The notes beneath the pieces were generated by a model, which was given only the letters and a program-made list of their open reading frames with translations, was not told where the DNA came from and did no database searches. From an uncultured Gemmatimonadaceae bacterium (GTDB lineage Bacteria; Gemmatimonadota; Gemmatimonadetes; Gemmatimonadales; Gemmatimonadaceae), in NCBI GenBank assembly GCA_963761305.1, contig CAVXGK010000002.1, positions 1,376,001-1,440,000 of the forward strand: DNA of 64,000 nt. Reading direction: 5' to 3'. How positions within the stretch are numbered: position 1 is the first letter of the stretch; the number at the start of each line of letters is the position of its first letter. A program made the position numbers and the translations under genes. Shown here piece after piece: positions 1-9,304 of this stretch.

Positions 1-2493
1 GACGCGGTCGACGCGCGCCTCGGCGAGGCCGACGCGTCGCCCGAACCGGCGAACGGATACGGTGGGTTGACGGATGCGGGCAACTTCGAAGTCGATATAG
101 CCGGCGACCGAGTGCCGCCGGCACCGTGGGCGAACATCATCGCCAATCCGTCGATCGGATTCTGCGTCACGGAGCGAGGCGGCGGCTTCGCGTGGGCGGA
201 GAACAGTTATTTCTTTCGGCTCACACCCTGGTTCAACGATCCGGTCGCCGACCCGTGCGGCGAAGTGATCTATCTCCGGGATGCGGACAGTGGCGTCGTG
301 TGGACGCCGACTCCCGGGCCGGCCGCGGCTGTTGGCGACGCGCACCATTCGCCGCGCTACCAAGTCGAGCATGCCCCGGGCGTGACTCGCTTCTCACACA
401 CGCGGGGCGACATCGTCACCGAGCTCGCCATGGGTGTTCCGGTGAGCGATGCCGTCAAGATCACCACGCTCCGAATCACGAACCGCGGCGACACGACGCG
501 TCGTCTCTCGCTCACCAGCTACGTCGACTGGGTGCTTGGCGCTGAGCAGGAACAGGCGCGGTATCAACTTCACACGCGGCACGATCCGGCGACCGGCGCG
601 CTGCTCGCGCAGAACTTTTTCGCGCCCGACTTCACCGGCCGCGTAGCGTTTTCGTGGATCAGCGAGCCGCTCACCGGTTTTACAGCGCGCCGCGATCATT
701 TCATTGGACGGAATGGCGACCTCACCCTTCCCGAAGGGCTGCGCGTGGAGGATCTCTCGGGGGCGACCGGCGCGGGTTACGACCCGTGCGCGGCGTTGCG
801 GTGCGACATCGCGCTCGAGCCGAACGAGACGAAGGATGTCGCCATTCTGCTCGGCGCCGCGCCGAGCGACCCGGCTGTGCGTGCGCTGATCGAGCGGTAC
901 GGCGCGCCGGCTTCCGCGGCCAGTGCGATCGACAAAGCAACCAAAGCGTGGAACGAGAGGCTATCGGTGATCGGTGTTCAGACGCCGGAGCCGGAGTTCG
1001 ACACGCTGTTCAATCGATGGTCCCTGTACCAGGCGCTCTCGTGCCGAATGTGGGCGCGGTCCGGGCTGTACCAGCCTAGCGGCGCGTACGGGTTTCGAGA
1101 CCAGCTGCAGGACAGCATGGCGTTCGTGTACGCCGAGCCGAGTATCACGCGCGCGCATTTGATTCGGGCCGCCGGGCACCAGTTCGTCGAGGGCGACGTG
1201 CAGCACTGGTGGCACGAGCCGTCGGGGCGAGGCGTGCGCACGCGCTTCTCGGACGATCTGGCATGGTTGCCGTTCGTCGCCGATCACTACGTTCGCGTCA
1301 CGGGCGACGTCTCGGTGTGGGAGGAGCGCGCACCATATCTCTCCATGCGCGCCCTCAACCCCGACGAACAGGACGCTTACGACCTGCCGGCGGTGAGCGA
1401 CGACACGGGTTCGTTGTACGAGCACTGCGTTCGGGCGATCGAGCGCGCGTGCACGGTCGGCGCGCACGGGCTACCCCTCATGGGGTCGGGCGATTGGAAC
1501 GACGGGATGAACCGCGTCGGCGCCCAGGGGAAAGGTGAGAGCGTGTGGCTTGCCTGGTTCCTGACGGCGACGCTCCGCCGGCTCGCCACTCATGCGGAGT
1601 CGCGCGGAGACACGCAGCACGCGGCGTCTTGGCGCACGCGCGCCGACGGCTACGCCGCGGCGGCCGAGCGAACGGCGTGGGACGGCGCCTGGTATCTGCG
1701 CGCGTACTACGACGACGGCACCGCGCTCGGCACCGCGGGCGACGAGGAATGTCGGATCGATTCGATCGCGCAGAGCTGGGCCGTCCTCTCGGGCGCGGCG
1801 GAGCCACCGCGGGCGCGCGCGGCGATGCGCGCGGTGAACGAACAGCTGGTGCGCGAGGACCTGCGTCTGATCCTGCTGCTCGCGCCGCCGTTCGACAAAT
1901 CGGCGCGGGATCCGGGTTACATCCGCGGCTATCTGCCGGGAGTTCGCGAGAACGGCGCTCAGTACACTCACGCGGCGCTGTGGACCGTCCTGGCGATGGC
2001 GAAGTTGGGCGACGGGACCCGGGCCGGCGACCTTATGGGAATGCTCAACCCCTTCTCGCGAGCACGTACCCCCGCCGACGCCGGAACGTACATGGTCGAG
2101 CCGTACGTCGTGGCCGGCGATGTGTATGCGGCGGCAGGACACGAGGGCCGGGGCGGCTGGACATGGTACACGGGTGCCGCGAGCTGGACGTACCGCGTGG
2201 CGCTGGAAGGGATGCTCGGGTTCGAAAAGGTCGGCGACCGTTTTCGTCTCCAGCCGTGCATCCCGGCGGCGTGGCCGGGCTTCACGCTCGACTATCGTTA
2301 CGGGACGAGCTCGTACCACATCGACGTGCGGAATCCTGACGGGGCGTCAGAAGGCGTGGTGGCCGTGACGCTCGATGGAGCTCCGGTTCCCGACGGTTGG
2401 ATCACGCTGGCCAACGACGGGCAACGGCACGTCGTCGCGATCGTTCTTGGAGCGGAAGAACCCAGTATGTCGGGCGCTTCGGTTCAGGCGTAG
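1..2493 (+). CDS. GH94 glycoside phosphorylase domain of an NdvB/Cgs-type cyclic beta-1,2-glucan protein; 5' end lies upstream of the window
   Basis: Frame is open from base 1 (…NGYGGLTDAGNFEV…). Motifs PWANIIAN, GAYGFRDQLQD, GSGDWNDGMN, YLPGVRENGAQYTH and GRGGWTWYTG. Confidence 0.9.
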   Translation, partial: DAVDARLGEADASPEPANGYGGLTDAGNFEVDIAGDRVPPAPWANIIANPSIGFCVTERGGGFAWAENSYFFRLTPWFNDPVADPCGEVIYLRDADSGVVWTPTPGPAAAVGDAHHSPRYQVEHAPGVTRFSHTRGDIVTELAMGVPVSDAVKITTLRITNRGDTTRRLSLTSYVDWVLGAEQEQARYQLHTRHDPATGALLAQNFFAPDFTGRVAFSWISEPLTGFTARRDHFIGRNGDLTLPEGLRVEDLSGATGAGYDPCAALRCDIALEPNETKDVAILLGAAPSDPAVRALIERYGAPASAASAIDKATKAWNERLSVIGVQTPEPEFDTLFNRWSLYQALSCRMWARSGLYQPSGAYGFRDQLQDSMAFVYAEPSITRAHLIRAAGHQFVEGDVQHWWHEPSGRGVRTRFSDDLAWLPFVADHYVRVTGDVSVWEERAPYLSMRALNPDEQDAYDLPAVSDDTGSLYEHCVRAIERACTVGAHGLPLMGSGDWNDGMNRVGAQGKGESVWLAWFLTATLRRLATHAESRGDTQHAASWRTRADGYAAAAERTAWDGAWYLRAYYDDGTALGTAGDEECRIDSIAQSWAVLSGAAEPPRARAAMRAVNEQLVREDLRLILLLAPPFDKSARDPGYIRGYLPGVRENGAQYTHAALWTVLAMAKLGDGTRAGDLMGMLNPFSRARTPADAGTYMVEPYVVAGDVYAAAGHEGRGGWTWYTGAASWTYRVALEGMLGFEKVGDRFRLQPCIPAAWPGFTLDYRYGTSSYHIDVRNPDGASEGVVAVTLDGAPVPDGWITLANDGQRHVVAIVLGAEEPSMSGASVQA

Positions 2494-2526
2494 ACGGCCG
2501 CTCGACGGCGGTCCGCGCGCGGTGTG

Positions 2527-2871
2527 TCAGCGCGTCCCCAGTCGCGCCGCGACGGCGAACTGGAGGAAATACTTGCTGAGATAGTCCGCGAGGTCCGGCT
2601 CGGCCGTCTCATCGAAGAAGACCCTGCAGAACTGTTCGCGCGCCCGAAGAATCTCCCGGCGTCGATGATGCTTCCAGCGAGGATCGGACGCGGTCAGATC
2701 GAACAGTTCGAGCGCGCGCTCGAGCGCCCGCTCGGCGCGATCGCCACGTCCCTGCGCACGGGCGCGAATCGCGCGGTCGACCTCGCTACCGACGTTGCCA
2801 AGTTGCTCCATCAACGAGAGCGTCTGCCATCGCCCCGCGGCGAGCGACGTATGCGCCGGCAGGTGCGTCAT
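2527..2871 (-). CDS. Conserved helical hypothetical protein, partner of the DUF5674-like gene
   Basis: LAAGRW..LSLMEQLGNVGSEVDRA…ERALELFDLT…EILRARE pattern. Start overlaps the upstream stop (ATGA). Confidence 0.7.
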   Translation of the reverse strand: MTHLPAHTSLAAGRWQTLSLMEQLGNVGSEVDRAIRARAQGRGDRAERALERALELFDLTASDPRWKHHRRREILRAREQFCRVFFDETAEPDLADYLSKYFLQFAVAARLGTR

Positions 2872-3227
2872 CCGCGCCGCACCAATTCGCCGACGAGCCG
2901 GCGGATTTCCGATTGAATCGTCGGATCGTCGACGCCGCGCGACCGATTGCCCTGCGCCGGCCGGACGTTGATCATCGAGTCGAACTCGATCCAGTCATCG
3001 CCCGACTCGTTCGGATACAGATTGATGCCCCACACGTCGGCTTGTTTTGCGCCGTCGTCGAGCAGCAGTGCTTCCTCGTCCGAATGCAGCTCGCCACCGA
3101 GGGCCATGACTCCGCGGCCAATGTCGACGGACGCCTTTACCATGTCGCCGAAACGAGCCAGCGCCAATTCCCGCACTTCTGCGAGCGAAATCGGCTCGCG
3201 CACGATCCGGGGGCTACCCTTGTCCAT
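2868..3227 (-). CDS. DUF5674-like protein
   Basis: MVKASVD…GGELHSDEE..LL…WGINLYP…IEFDSMINVRP.QGNRSR motif (family name recalled from memory). Confidence 0.75.
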   Translation of the reverse strand: MDKGSPRIVREPISLAEVRELALARFGDMVKASVDIGRGVMALGGELHSDEEALLLDDGAKQADVWGINLYPNESGDDWIEFDSMINVRPAQGNRSRGVDDPTIQSEIRRLVGELVRRG

Positions 3228-3256
3228 CGGCGTAACCTAGCAGTTGAGCCGGCACC

Positions 3257-3580
3257 TCATCGAGGCACCTTTCGCTTCAGTTCCGTGAACCAGTTGAGCA
3301 CGACTCCGGTCGGTTGTGCGTTTGGCCGCGCGACCGGCTCGACGAGCACAAACTGCGATCCGTCGGGCGTGACGTCGTAGCCGTACGTTGGGTCGCCCGC
3401 TCCGAGCTGTCCGGCATCCGACCTTCGGAACAGAAGCACCGGCGTCCCCACTTCGCCGGACTGTGGATCGAACGACGCGGCCATCATCACGTCGCCTTTG
3501 CGGTACACGATCTCCCGCCCGTTCTTGCTCCACTTCGGCTGACTCCCGCCGCGGGATGGAACTCGCCCCGAAGGTAAACG
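3257..3580 (-). pseudogene. Orphan C-terminal fragment of a TolB/PD40 beta-propeller (kinase-TolB type) protein
   Basis: GGSQPKWSKNGREIVY…YDVTPDGSQF…VVLNWFTELKRKVP* is a typical C-terminus. The 5' extension of this ORF overlaps the divergent amidohydrolase and looks non-coding. Confidence 0.65.
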
Positions 3581-3785
3581 CCGTCGAGAGGGCATCAAGG
3601 ACTCCATTTCTTTGTTCGGCGAGGCCCGCGGTGAGGTCATGGCGCGTTCCGAAACCGATTTCAGACAGGGACTGATTTGGCGTGGTACCTTGCGCCGTGT
3701 GCGATCAGTCTTGCTCTGGTTGTCGCTTGTCCAAGTGCGGCGTTCGTCCCCTGTTGTCCCCCCCAGGACCCCGGAGGGATTCGAA

Positions 3786-4763
3786 ATGCGAGTGGCGATC
3801 ATTGCGACGTGCTTCGCGTGCGTAAGTGCCCACGGCCTCGAGGCGCAAACGTCGCCAAAGCCTCCACCGGTCATCGACGTACATCTCCATGCGATGCCGC
3901 CTGACGCTTTCGGTCCGCCACCGGCTGACATCTGCATCGGCAACGCGCAGTTCGTGCCGTCGTCCAACCCGGCGAAGCCGGAACCGGTGTGTTCAAATCC
4001 CGTTCATGCCCCAAAGACGGCTCAGGAGATGACAGACGCCACGGTCGCGGCGTTGGAGCAATTCAACGTGGTCGGCATTGCGAGCGGCGATCCGGCGATG
4101 GTCAGTCGATTCAAGTCAGCGGCCCCGAAGCGGATCATTTCCGGCTTGATGTTCGGCAGCCCGCAAGACATGTCGGTCGACTCGATGCGCGCACTATACA
4201 AACGGGGGGGCTTCGCGGTCTTCGCCGAGGTGGTCACGCAGTACGCGGGAATTGCCCCGAATGATTCGGTGATGGAACCGTACTGGGCGCTTGCCGAAGA
4301 ACTCGGCTTTCCGGTCGGGATTCACATGGGGCTCGGACCGCCCGGAGCGCCATACATCGGCGACCCAAGGTACCGCGGACGCCTGAGCAATCCGCTGCTA
4401 CTCGAAGACGTCCTGGTGAAGCATCCAAAGCTTCGACTCTACGTCATGCACGCGGGGTGGCCCCAACTCGACGAAATGATCAATCTGCTATACGTGCATC
4501 CACAGGTGTATGTGGATGTGGCCGTCATCGACTACTTCCTACCGCGCGCAGAGTTCTATACGTACTTGAAGCGGCTGGTCGAGGCGGGATTTGGCACGCG
4601 CATCATGTACGGTTCGGACAACATGCTGTGGCCCCAAGCAATCGGCGAAAGCATTCGCGCCATCCAGAATGCGCCGTTTCTCTCGGAAAAGCAGAAGCGA
4701 GACATTCTCTACAACAACGCGGTCCGATTCTTCAAGATGGACGACAAGATGACCGTTCCCTGA
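3786..4763 (+). CDS. Secreted amidohydrolase family 2 protein
   Basis: GGAGG RBS before ATG 3786, signal peptide, IDVHLH, GIHMG, MHAGWP, RIMYGSD, ILYNNA. Confidence 0.85.
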   Translation: MRVAIIATCFACVSAHGLEAQTSPKPPPVIDVHLHAMPPDAFGPPPADICIGNAQFVPSSNPAKPEPVCSNPVHAPKTAQEMTDATVAALEQFNVVGIASGDPAMVSRFKSAAPKRIISGLMFGSPQDMSVDSMRALYKRGGFAVFAEVVTQYAGIAPNDSVMEPYWALAEELGFPVGIHMGLGPPGAPYIGDPRYRGRLSNPLLLEDVLVKHPKLRLYVMHAGWPQLDEMINLLYVHPQVYVDVAVIDYFLPRAEFYTYLKRLVEAGFGTRIMYGSDNMLWPQAIGESIRAIQNAPFLSEKQKRDILYNNAVRFFKMDDKMTVP

Positions 4764-4772
4764 GGCGCCCCC

Positions 4773-5333
4773 CTAGACCGATTCGACGGTATTTGGGATT
4801 TCCGTTTGAGTCTCGCCAACCTGCAAGCGATGCGGCCGAGCCGACCATGCGGGCGGGTCGTGTCGCTTGGAACTCGGCCGCGGCCTGCGGCTCCCCTTCT
4901 CTGGCGGCGGCGTAATCCCGTACTCGCGCAGCACGGTGCGGAACACGCGGTGCGCGCGATTGATGTGCTTGCCGACCATTTTGGCCGAGATACCCAGGGC
5001 CTGAGCCGCCTCGGCGTACGATTTCCCGTCTTCCCGCACCGCGAGGAACGCCAGCCGGCACTGGGGCGGCAGCGACGCCAGCGTGTTGGTGTACAGCGCT
5101 TCGTATTCGCGTTCCAGCCACTGGGCCTCCGGGTCCATCCACGTGCGCGAGTACCCCTCGAGCTCGCGCAGGTATTCGGCGTCGCGCGCCGCGCGCCGTT
5201 TGTCGCGCCGGTGTTGATCGATCATGCGTCGCCTGACCAGCATCCGGACACGCCGCTCGAGTTCCGACTCTTTCTCTTTTTCGCCTTCTCCCTGCTCTCC
5301 GTCGTCTCTGGTGCCCTCGTCCCGCCGTGCCAT
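4773..5333 (-). CDS. ECF-type sigma-70 region 4 protein with a shortened N-terminus
   Basis: GAGGAGG RBS. RRMIDQHRR (end of region 2) and LPPQCRLAFLAVREDGKSYAEAAQALGISAKMVGKHINRA (region 4 HTH). Confidence 0.75.
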   Translation of the reverse strand: MARRDEGTRDDGEQGEGEKEKESELERRVRMLVRRRMIDQHRRDKRRAARDAEYLRELEGYSRTWMDPEAQWLEREYEALYTNTLASLPPQCRLAFLAVREDGKSYAEAAQALGISAKMVGKHINRAHRVFRTVLREYGITPPPEKGSRRPRPSSKRHDPPAWSARPHRLQVGETQTEIPNTVESV

Positions 5334-5394
5334 CGATACAGCCTCCTCGAATGAAATGAGTGAATCGGCATGGGTGGCCGCGGCCAGCGGATTC

Positions 5395-5447
5395 TGGCGA
5401 CGTCGACCCCCCTATAGATGAATCGCCACGACTCGCGATTTGATACC
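5395..5447 (-). promoter_or_regulatory. Leftward copy of a ~52-bp duplicated element (putative ECF promoter) facing the sigma gene
   Basis: Minus strand reads GGTATCAAATCGC-GAGT-CGTGGCGAT-TCATCTATA-GGGGGGTCGACGTCGCCA. It is the inverted counterpart of 5580-5631. Confidence 0.6.
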
Positions 5448-5579
5448 GCAACAAAACGTTGCAGTGGGCGAAAACGCCCGTCCGCGCGCCCAAAGTGTCA
5501 TGCGTGCGTCAGCCGCCTGTCAGCACGCGCCTCGCGCCGGCCCATTCGCGACCCAAACCGTCGCCAAATGAGGACAATT

Positions 5580-5631
5580 GGTATCAAATCGCTACCCGTG
5601 GCGATGTATAAGTAGGGGGACGACGCAGCCA
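5580..5631 (+). promoter_or_regulatory. Rightward copy of the duplicated element, facing the 21-nt array and gene 6419
   Basis: Plus strand reads GGTATCAAATCGC-TACC-CGTGGCGAT-GTATAAGTA-GGGGGACGACGCAGCCA. Confidence 0.6.
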
Positions 5632-5812
5632 AGTTCTTCCCCGCCGGTGCGCGGCCGCCACGTCGCGCGCGATTTCGGGGGTGGCCCAACACGCATCGGG
5701 CGCGCCGGGCGTTCAATCACGAGCAGCTCGGTGGAATCTCGTCGCGTCGCGCATCTCAACCGCGCCGCCCGATGTCACGGCGCCAGAAACACGAATCACA
5801 CGATCGTCAGCG

Positions 5813-6230
5813 GAGATTCACTCCGCTCCGGCCAAGATTCACCGCGCCGCATCTGAGACTCACCGCGCCACATCTGAGATTCACCGCGCCAGATCTGAAA
5901 TTCACCGCGCCACATCTGAGATTTACCGTGCCGCGTCGAGACGTCACCGCACACGGTTCGACGACCACCTGACGGCAGGCCGCAGCAAGGCTGCCTCGGA
6001 ACGGGTCCCGCCACGTTCGGAACGGGTCCCGGCACGTTCGGAACGGGTCCCGGCACGTTCGGAACGCGTGCAAAATGCTCCGACCGACGCTCGCATGGCT
6101 CACGAACGCATCGAGTTGCGACGCGACGACCGATCGCGTGCTCCCGACGACCGATCGTGTGTTCCGGACGACCCGTTGCGCGCTCCGGACGGCCGATCGC
6201 CCGCTCTGGACGACCGGTAGCGCGCTCTGA
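5813..6230. repeat. Compound 21-nt-periodic tandem array with three unit families
   Basis: GAGATTCACCGCGCCACATCT-like units (CAC/TAC at 5819, 5840, 5861, 5882, 5903, 5924, 5945, 5966). CGGAACGGGTCCCGGCACGTT units at 5997, 6018, 6039, 6060. GACGACCGATCGCGTGCTCCC-like units at 6125, 6146, 6167, 6188, 6209. Confidence 0.9.
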
Positions 6231-6418
6231 CCGACCGTCACCCGCGCGATCCGCGCGGCGAGCCGCGTCCAGAAGGGCCGGCATCGCCTACAGACATCCT
6301 CATCAGGACTCCAGACCTCATCGAGTCCTCAACAGCGTTCGGCGCAACAGCACGCGCCGACGTCGCGCCCGACACATCCCGTGTCACGGGCGCTCCACCC
6401 TCCCTCAAGGAGAACGCA

Positions 6419-7207
6419 GTGAAAGCTTTCCACGCAGCAACCTTGAACACGCTGACCCGAGTGCAGCGGTTCCTGGATCTCAACGGCTCGTCACTCGGAG
6501 ACATCAACGCGTCGGGCTATCGCAAGATCCTCGACGACGTCGTCGACAAGCTGGGCGTCCACGCCGCTGACCAGACGACGACAAAGCGGACGGCCGCCGC
6601 CGAGGCGGCCAAGGAGCGCGTGCTGCGAAACGCGCTCAAGCTGAATCACATGCGGCCCATCGCCACGGTCGCCAGCGCACAGCTCCGCCAGGTGCCCGAC
6701 TTCGCGGCCCTCAAGATGCCGCCCAAGAACGCGACGTCGCGCACTCTCATCACGTACGCGGCGGCGATGAAAACGGCCGCCGGCGAGTACGCCGACGCGT
6801 TCGTCGGCGCGGGCTTGCCGGCGGACTTCCTCGATGAGTTGCAGGGCGCGGCGGATGCGTTGAGCAACTCGTTGACGAGCCGCACCTCGAACGGCGCCGC
6901 GCAGCGCGGTGCGACCGTCGGTCTCGATGCCGAGGCGACGCGCGGACGTCAGGCGGTCAAGGTGCTCGACTCGCTGGTCGAGCCGCTCATTCAGGGCAAC
7001 CTCGCGTTGCTCGCCCAGTGGACGGCGGCGAAACGGTTCGGAGGCAAAGCGAGTGCGCCGACGAGCACGTCGATCGATGCCGCGGCGAAAGGTCCGACGA
7101 TTCCGCTCCCGACAACGGCCGAGTCGTCGACTCCACCGCAGCCGTCGTCTTCGCAGCCGGTGCCCGCGCCGGCTGCGTCAGTCCAGGCTCCAAGCCCGGC
7201 GGCGTAG
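6419..7207 (+). CDS. Hypothetical, probably all-helical protein with a Pro/Ser/Ala-rich tail
   Basis: AAGGAG RBS before GTG, typical high-GC codon usage, amphipathic helical pattern, hairpin immediately downstream. Confidence 0.8.
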   Translation: MKAFHAATLNTLTRVQRFLDLNGSSLGDINASGYRKILDDVVDKLGVHAADQTTTKRTAAAEAAKERVLRNALKLNHMRPIATVASAQLRQVPDFAALKMPPKNATSRTLITYAAAMKTAAGEYADAFVGAGLPADFLDELQGAADALSNSLTSRTSNGAAQRGATVGLDAEATRGRQAVKVLDSLVEPLIQGNLALLAQWTAAKRFGGKASAPTSTSIDAAAKGPTIPLPTTAESSTPPQPSSSQPVPAPAASVQAPSPAA

Positions 7208-7226
7208 GCGCGGCGCAGTTAGGTCC

Positions 7227-7262
7227 GATTGGTCGGCCGCGATTCGTCGCGGCCGACCAATC
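7227..7262 (+). terminator. Perfect hairpin after gene 6419-7207
   Basis: GATTGGTCGGCCGCGA-TTCG-TCGCGGCCGACCAATC, a 16-bp stem with a UUCG loop. No clear U-tract. Confidence 0.7.
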
Positions 7263-7342
7263 AACACTTTCCGAACCTGGATGATGTTCCACGGGTGTTC
7301 CCCTTCGACGCAGCGGCCCCATCCTTGCTTCGTTCCGCGAAC

Positions 7343-8260
7343 ATGCCCGCCCCGCTGATTACATGGAACGAGCCGCTCGAACAACTCGCGTCCTTCGCGG
7401 GCTCGTTTCTCGTGGCAGGCGCTGTCGGGTTTCGCCTGACGGCCGCGCGCACCACCACTGCCGACCCAACGGAGTCGGTCTTCTTTGACCGCGCGCGGCG
7501 CCGCGCGGCGACGCTCGGTGGGGTCGGCGCGGCGATCGGTCTGATCTTCGTCCTCGTCAGCTTGCCCGGTGACGCGGCGCGGGCACACGAGAGCGTCTCG
7601 CAGCTGCTGGCTTCCAACGTGGTCGATTTGCTGTTGTTGGTCTCTTCAGCGCTCGTTCTCATCGGTCTTGGCTCGGCGGCCGCGGGAGGCGGACGTGCCG
7701 GCTGGCCGATCGCCGCCGTGGCGCTGTTGGTCGGAACGCTCGCGCCGATCGCCGGCGGCCGGTGGAGCACGGTCGTAAACCCGATTCATCGCCTCGCTGC
7801 GGGCCTGTGGATCGGGACGTTGTTCGTCATGGTGACCTGCGGACTCACGCCGCTGCTTCGTCACGCCGAACTGCGCGATCGTCGCGGGGCACTCGCGGCC
7901 GACATGGTCAATCGGTTTTCGCCCGTCGCGTTGTCGATGGGTGGCGTCGTTGTGACGTTCGGCGTCATCACGGCCTGGCGACACCTGCCGACGCTCTCGA
8001 GTCTCTGGCAGTCGCCCTATGGGCAAATGCTGATCGTCAAGCTCGTCGTCGTCGCCGCCGTGTTCGGCCTCGGCGCCTTCAACTGGCGGCGGCAACGCCC
8101 CGCGCTCGGTCACGAGTCGGCGGCGATATCTCTGCGCCGATCGTCGCGCGTCGAACTCACGGTCGCGACGGTCGTGTTGCTCGCGACCGCGATTCTCGTG
8201 AGCCTCCCGTCGCCCAAGCGCCCGGCGCCTCAGGTCAGCGCCCAACCGCAGGCCCGATAG
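7343..8260 (+). CDS. CopD-family copper resistance membrane protein
   Basis: Multiple TM segments. IHRLAAGLWIGTL, RFSPVA, LWQSPYGQMLIVKL…LGAFNW. Confidence 0.75.
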   Translation: MPAPLITWNEPLEQLASFAGSFLVAGAVGFRLTAARTTTADPTESVFFDRARRRAATLGGVGAAIGLIFVLVSLPGDAARAHESVSQLLASNVVDLLLLVSSALVLIGLGSAAAGGGRAGWPIAAVALLVGTLAPIAGGRWSTVVNPIHRLAAGLWIGTLFVMVTCGLTPLLRHAELRDRRGALAADMVNRFSPVALSMGGVVVTFGVITAWRHLPTLSSLWQSPYGQMLIVKLVVVAAVFGLGAFNWRRQRPALGHESAAISLRRSSRVELTVATVVLLATAILVSLPSPKRPAPQVSAQPQAR

Positions 8261-8370
8261 CCAAGCGGAGCAGCACCACGTTCTCCTTGCGCTCGATGAA
8301 GCCGACGGCTGGCCGTGCCGCGGCAGTGGGCATACGTTACCGGCCGATCAACCTTTAGCCTTCGTTCACG

Positions 8371-9141
8371 ATGCGCGGTGTATTCAAGGAATTGAAAGGC
8401 ATCCTTCACCGCTCCGTCGCCGAGCGGGGAGTGCTGCAAACGCTCAAATCCGCCGCGACGCGCGGACCGCTGTATCTCCGAAGGACCGTCGCTGAGCTGG
8501 TCGACGCGACGAGCCCCCCGTCGGACTTCGACGCGCGCCACGGCGTCCAGACCGACAGTGACCGGGGGAAGACCACACCGCTTCGCACGCTCCGCATCGC
8601 CAGCGCGAACTGGATGCAGGGCGAGGACTACAGCCCGGTCGACCCCGACCGGTTTCGCGCCGCGCTCTCGGCGCTCCGCGTTCCGGTGAACGACTTCACC
8701 TTCGTCGACTTCGGGAGCGGAAAGGGGCGCGCCATTCTCCTGGCCTCCGAGTACCCATTCCGCGAGCTCGTCGGCATCGACTTCTCGGCGGAGCTGATCG
8801 CGATCGCGGAGCGAAACTGGTCGATCTATCGGAGTCCCACGCAGCGCTGCGCGACGGCGCGCTTCGTCTGTGAGGATTTCCTAAATTACGAGATCCCACA
8901 TGCCCCGGCCGTGCTGTACTTCTATCACCCGTGTGGCGAAGCCCTGTTGGCCAAGGTGGTGGCGAAGACGGCGGACGCCGTCGCCCGACATGCCGAGCCG
9001 GTCACGATCATCTACGTGAATCCGGTGCACACGCACCTGTGGGCCGCGGCGGGATTTCAGCGCGTGCCGACGAGCCGCGTCGCGGGCTGCCACATCTATG
9101 GAAACGCGGAATGGATCGAGCGACTGCAGGAACTCGCTTAA
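8371..9141 (+). CDS. Class I SAM-dependent methyltransferase
   Basis: FVDFGSGKGRA…GIDFS SAM-binding motif I, plus YFYHP and IIYVNP. Confidence 0.85.
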   Translation: MRGVFKELKGILHRSVAERGVLQTLKSAATRGPLYLRRTVAELVDATSPPSDFDARHGVQTDSDRGKTTPLRTLRIASANWMQGEDYSPVDPDRFRAALSALRVPVNDFTFVDFGSGKGRAILLASEYPFRELVGIDFSAELIAIAERNWSIYRSPTQRCATARFVCEDFLNYEIPHAPAVLYFYHPCGEALLAKVVAKTADAVARHAEPVTIIYVNPVHTHLWAAAGFQRVPTSRVAGCHIYGNAEWIERLQELA

Positions 9142-9304
9142 GGTTCCTGCGTCCTCGCGGCTATAGGTGACGCTCGTCACCGGTGTTTGAGCAGATTCGA
9201 GACATCCTGGCCTTGATCACTCTCGTCGATACTCTGGGCATGACACCGATCACTGATCCGGCCTCGAGTCGACCGCCGACGATCGCGCGCGACTCGTCGT
9301 CCGC

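Noticed and set aside
5813..6230. CRISPR array
   Set aside because: Units are contiguous 21-mers with no unique spacers, and there are no cas genes in the window.
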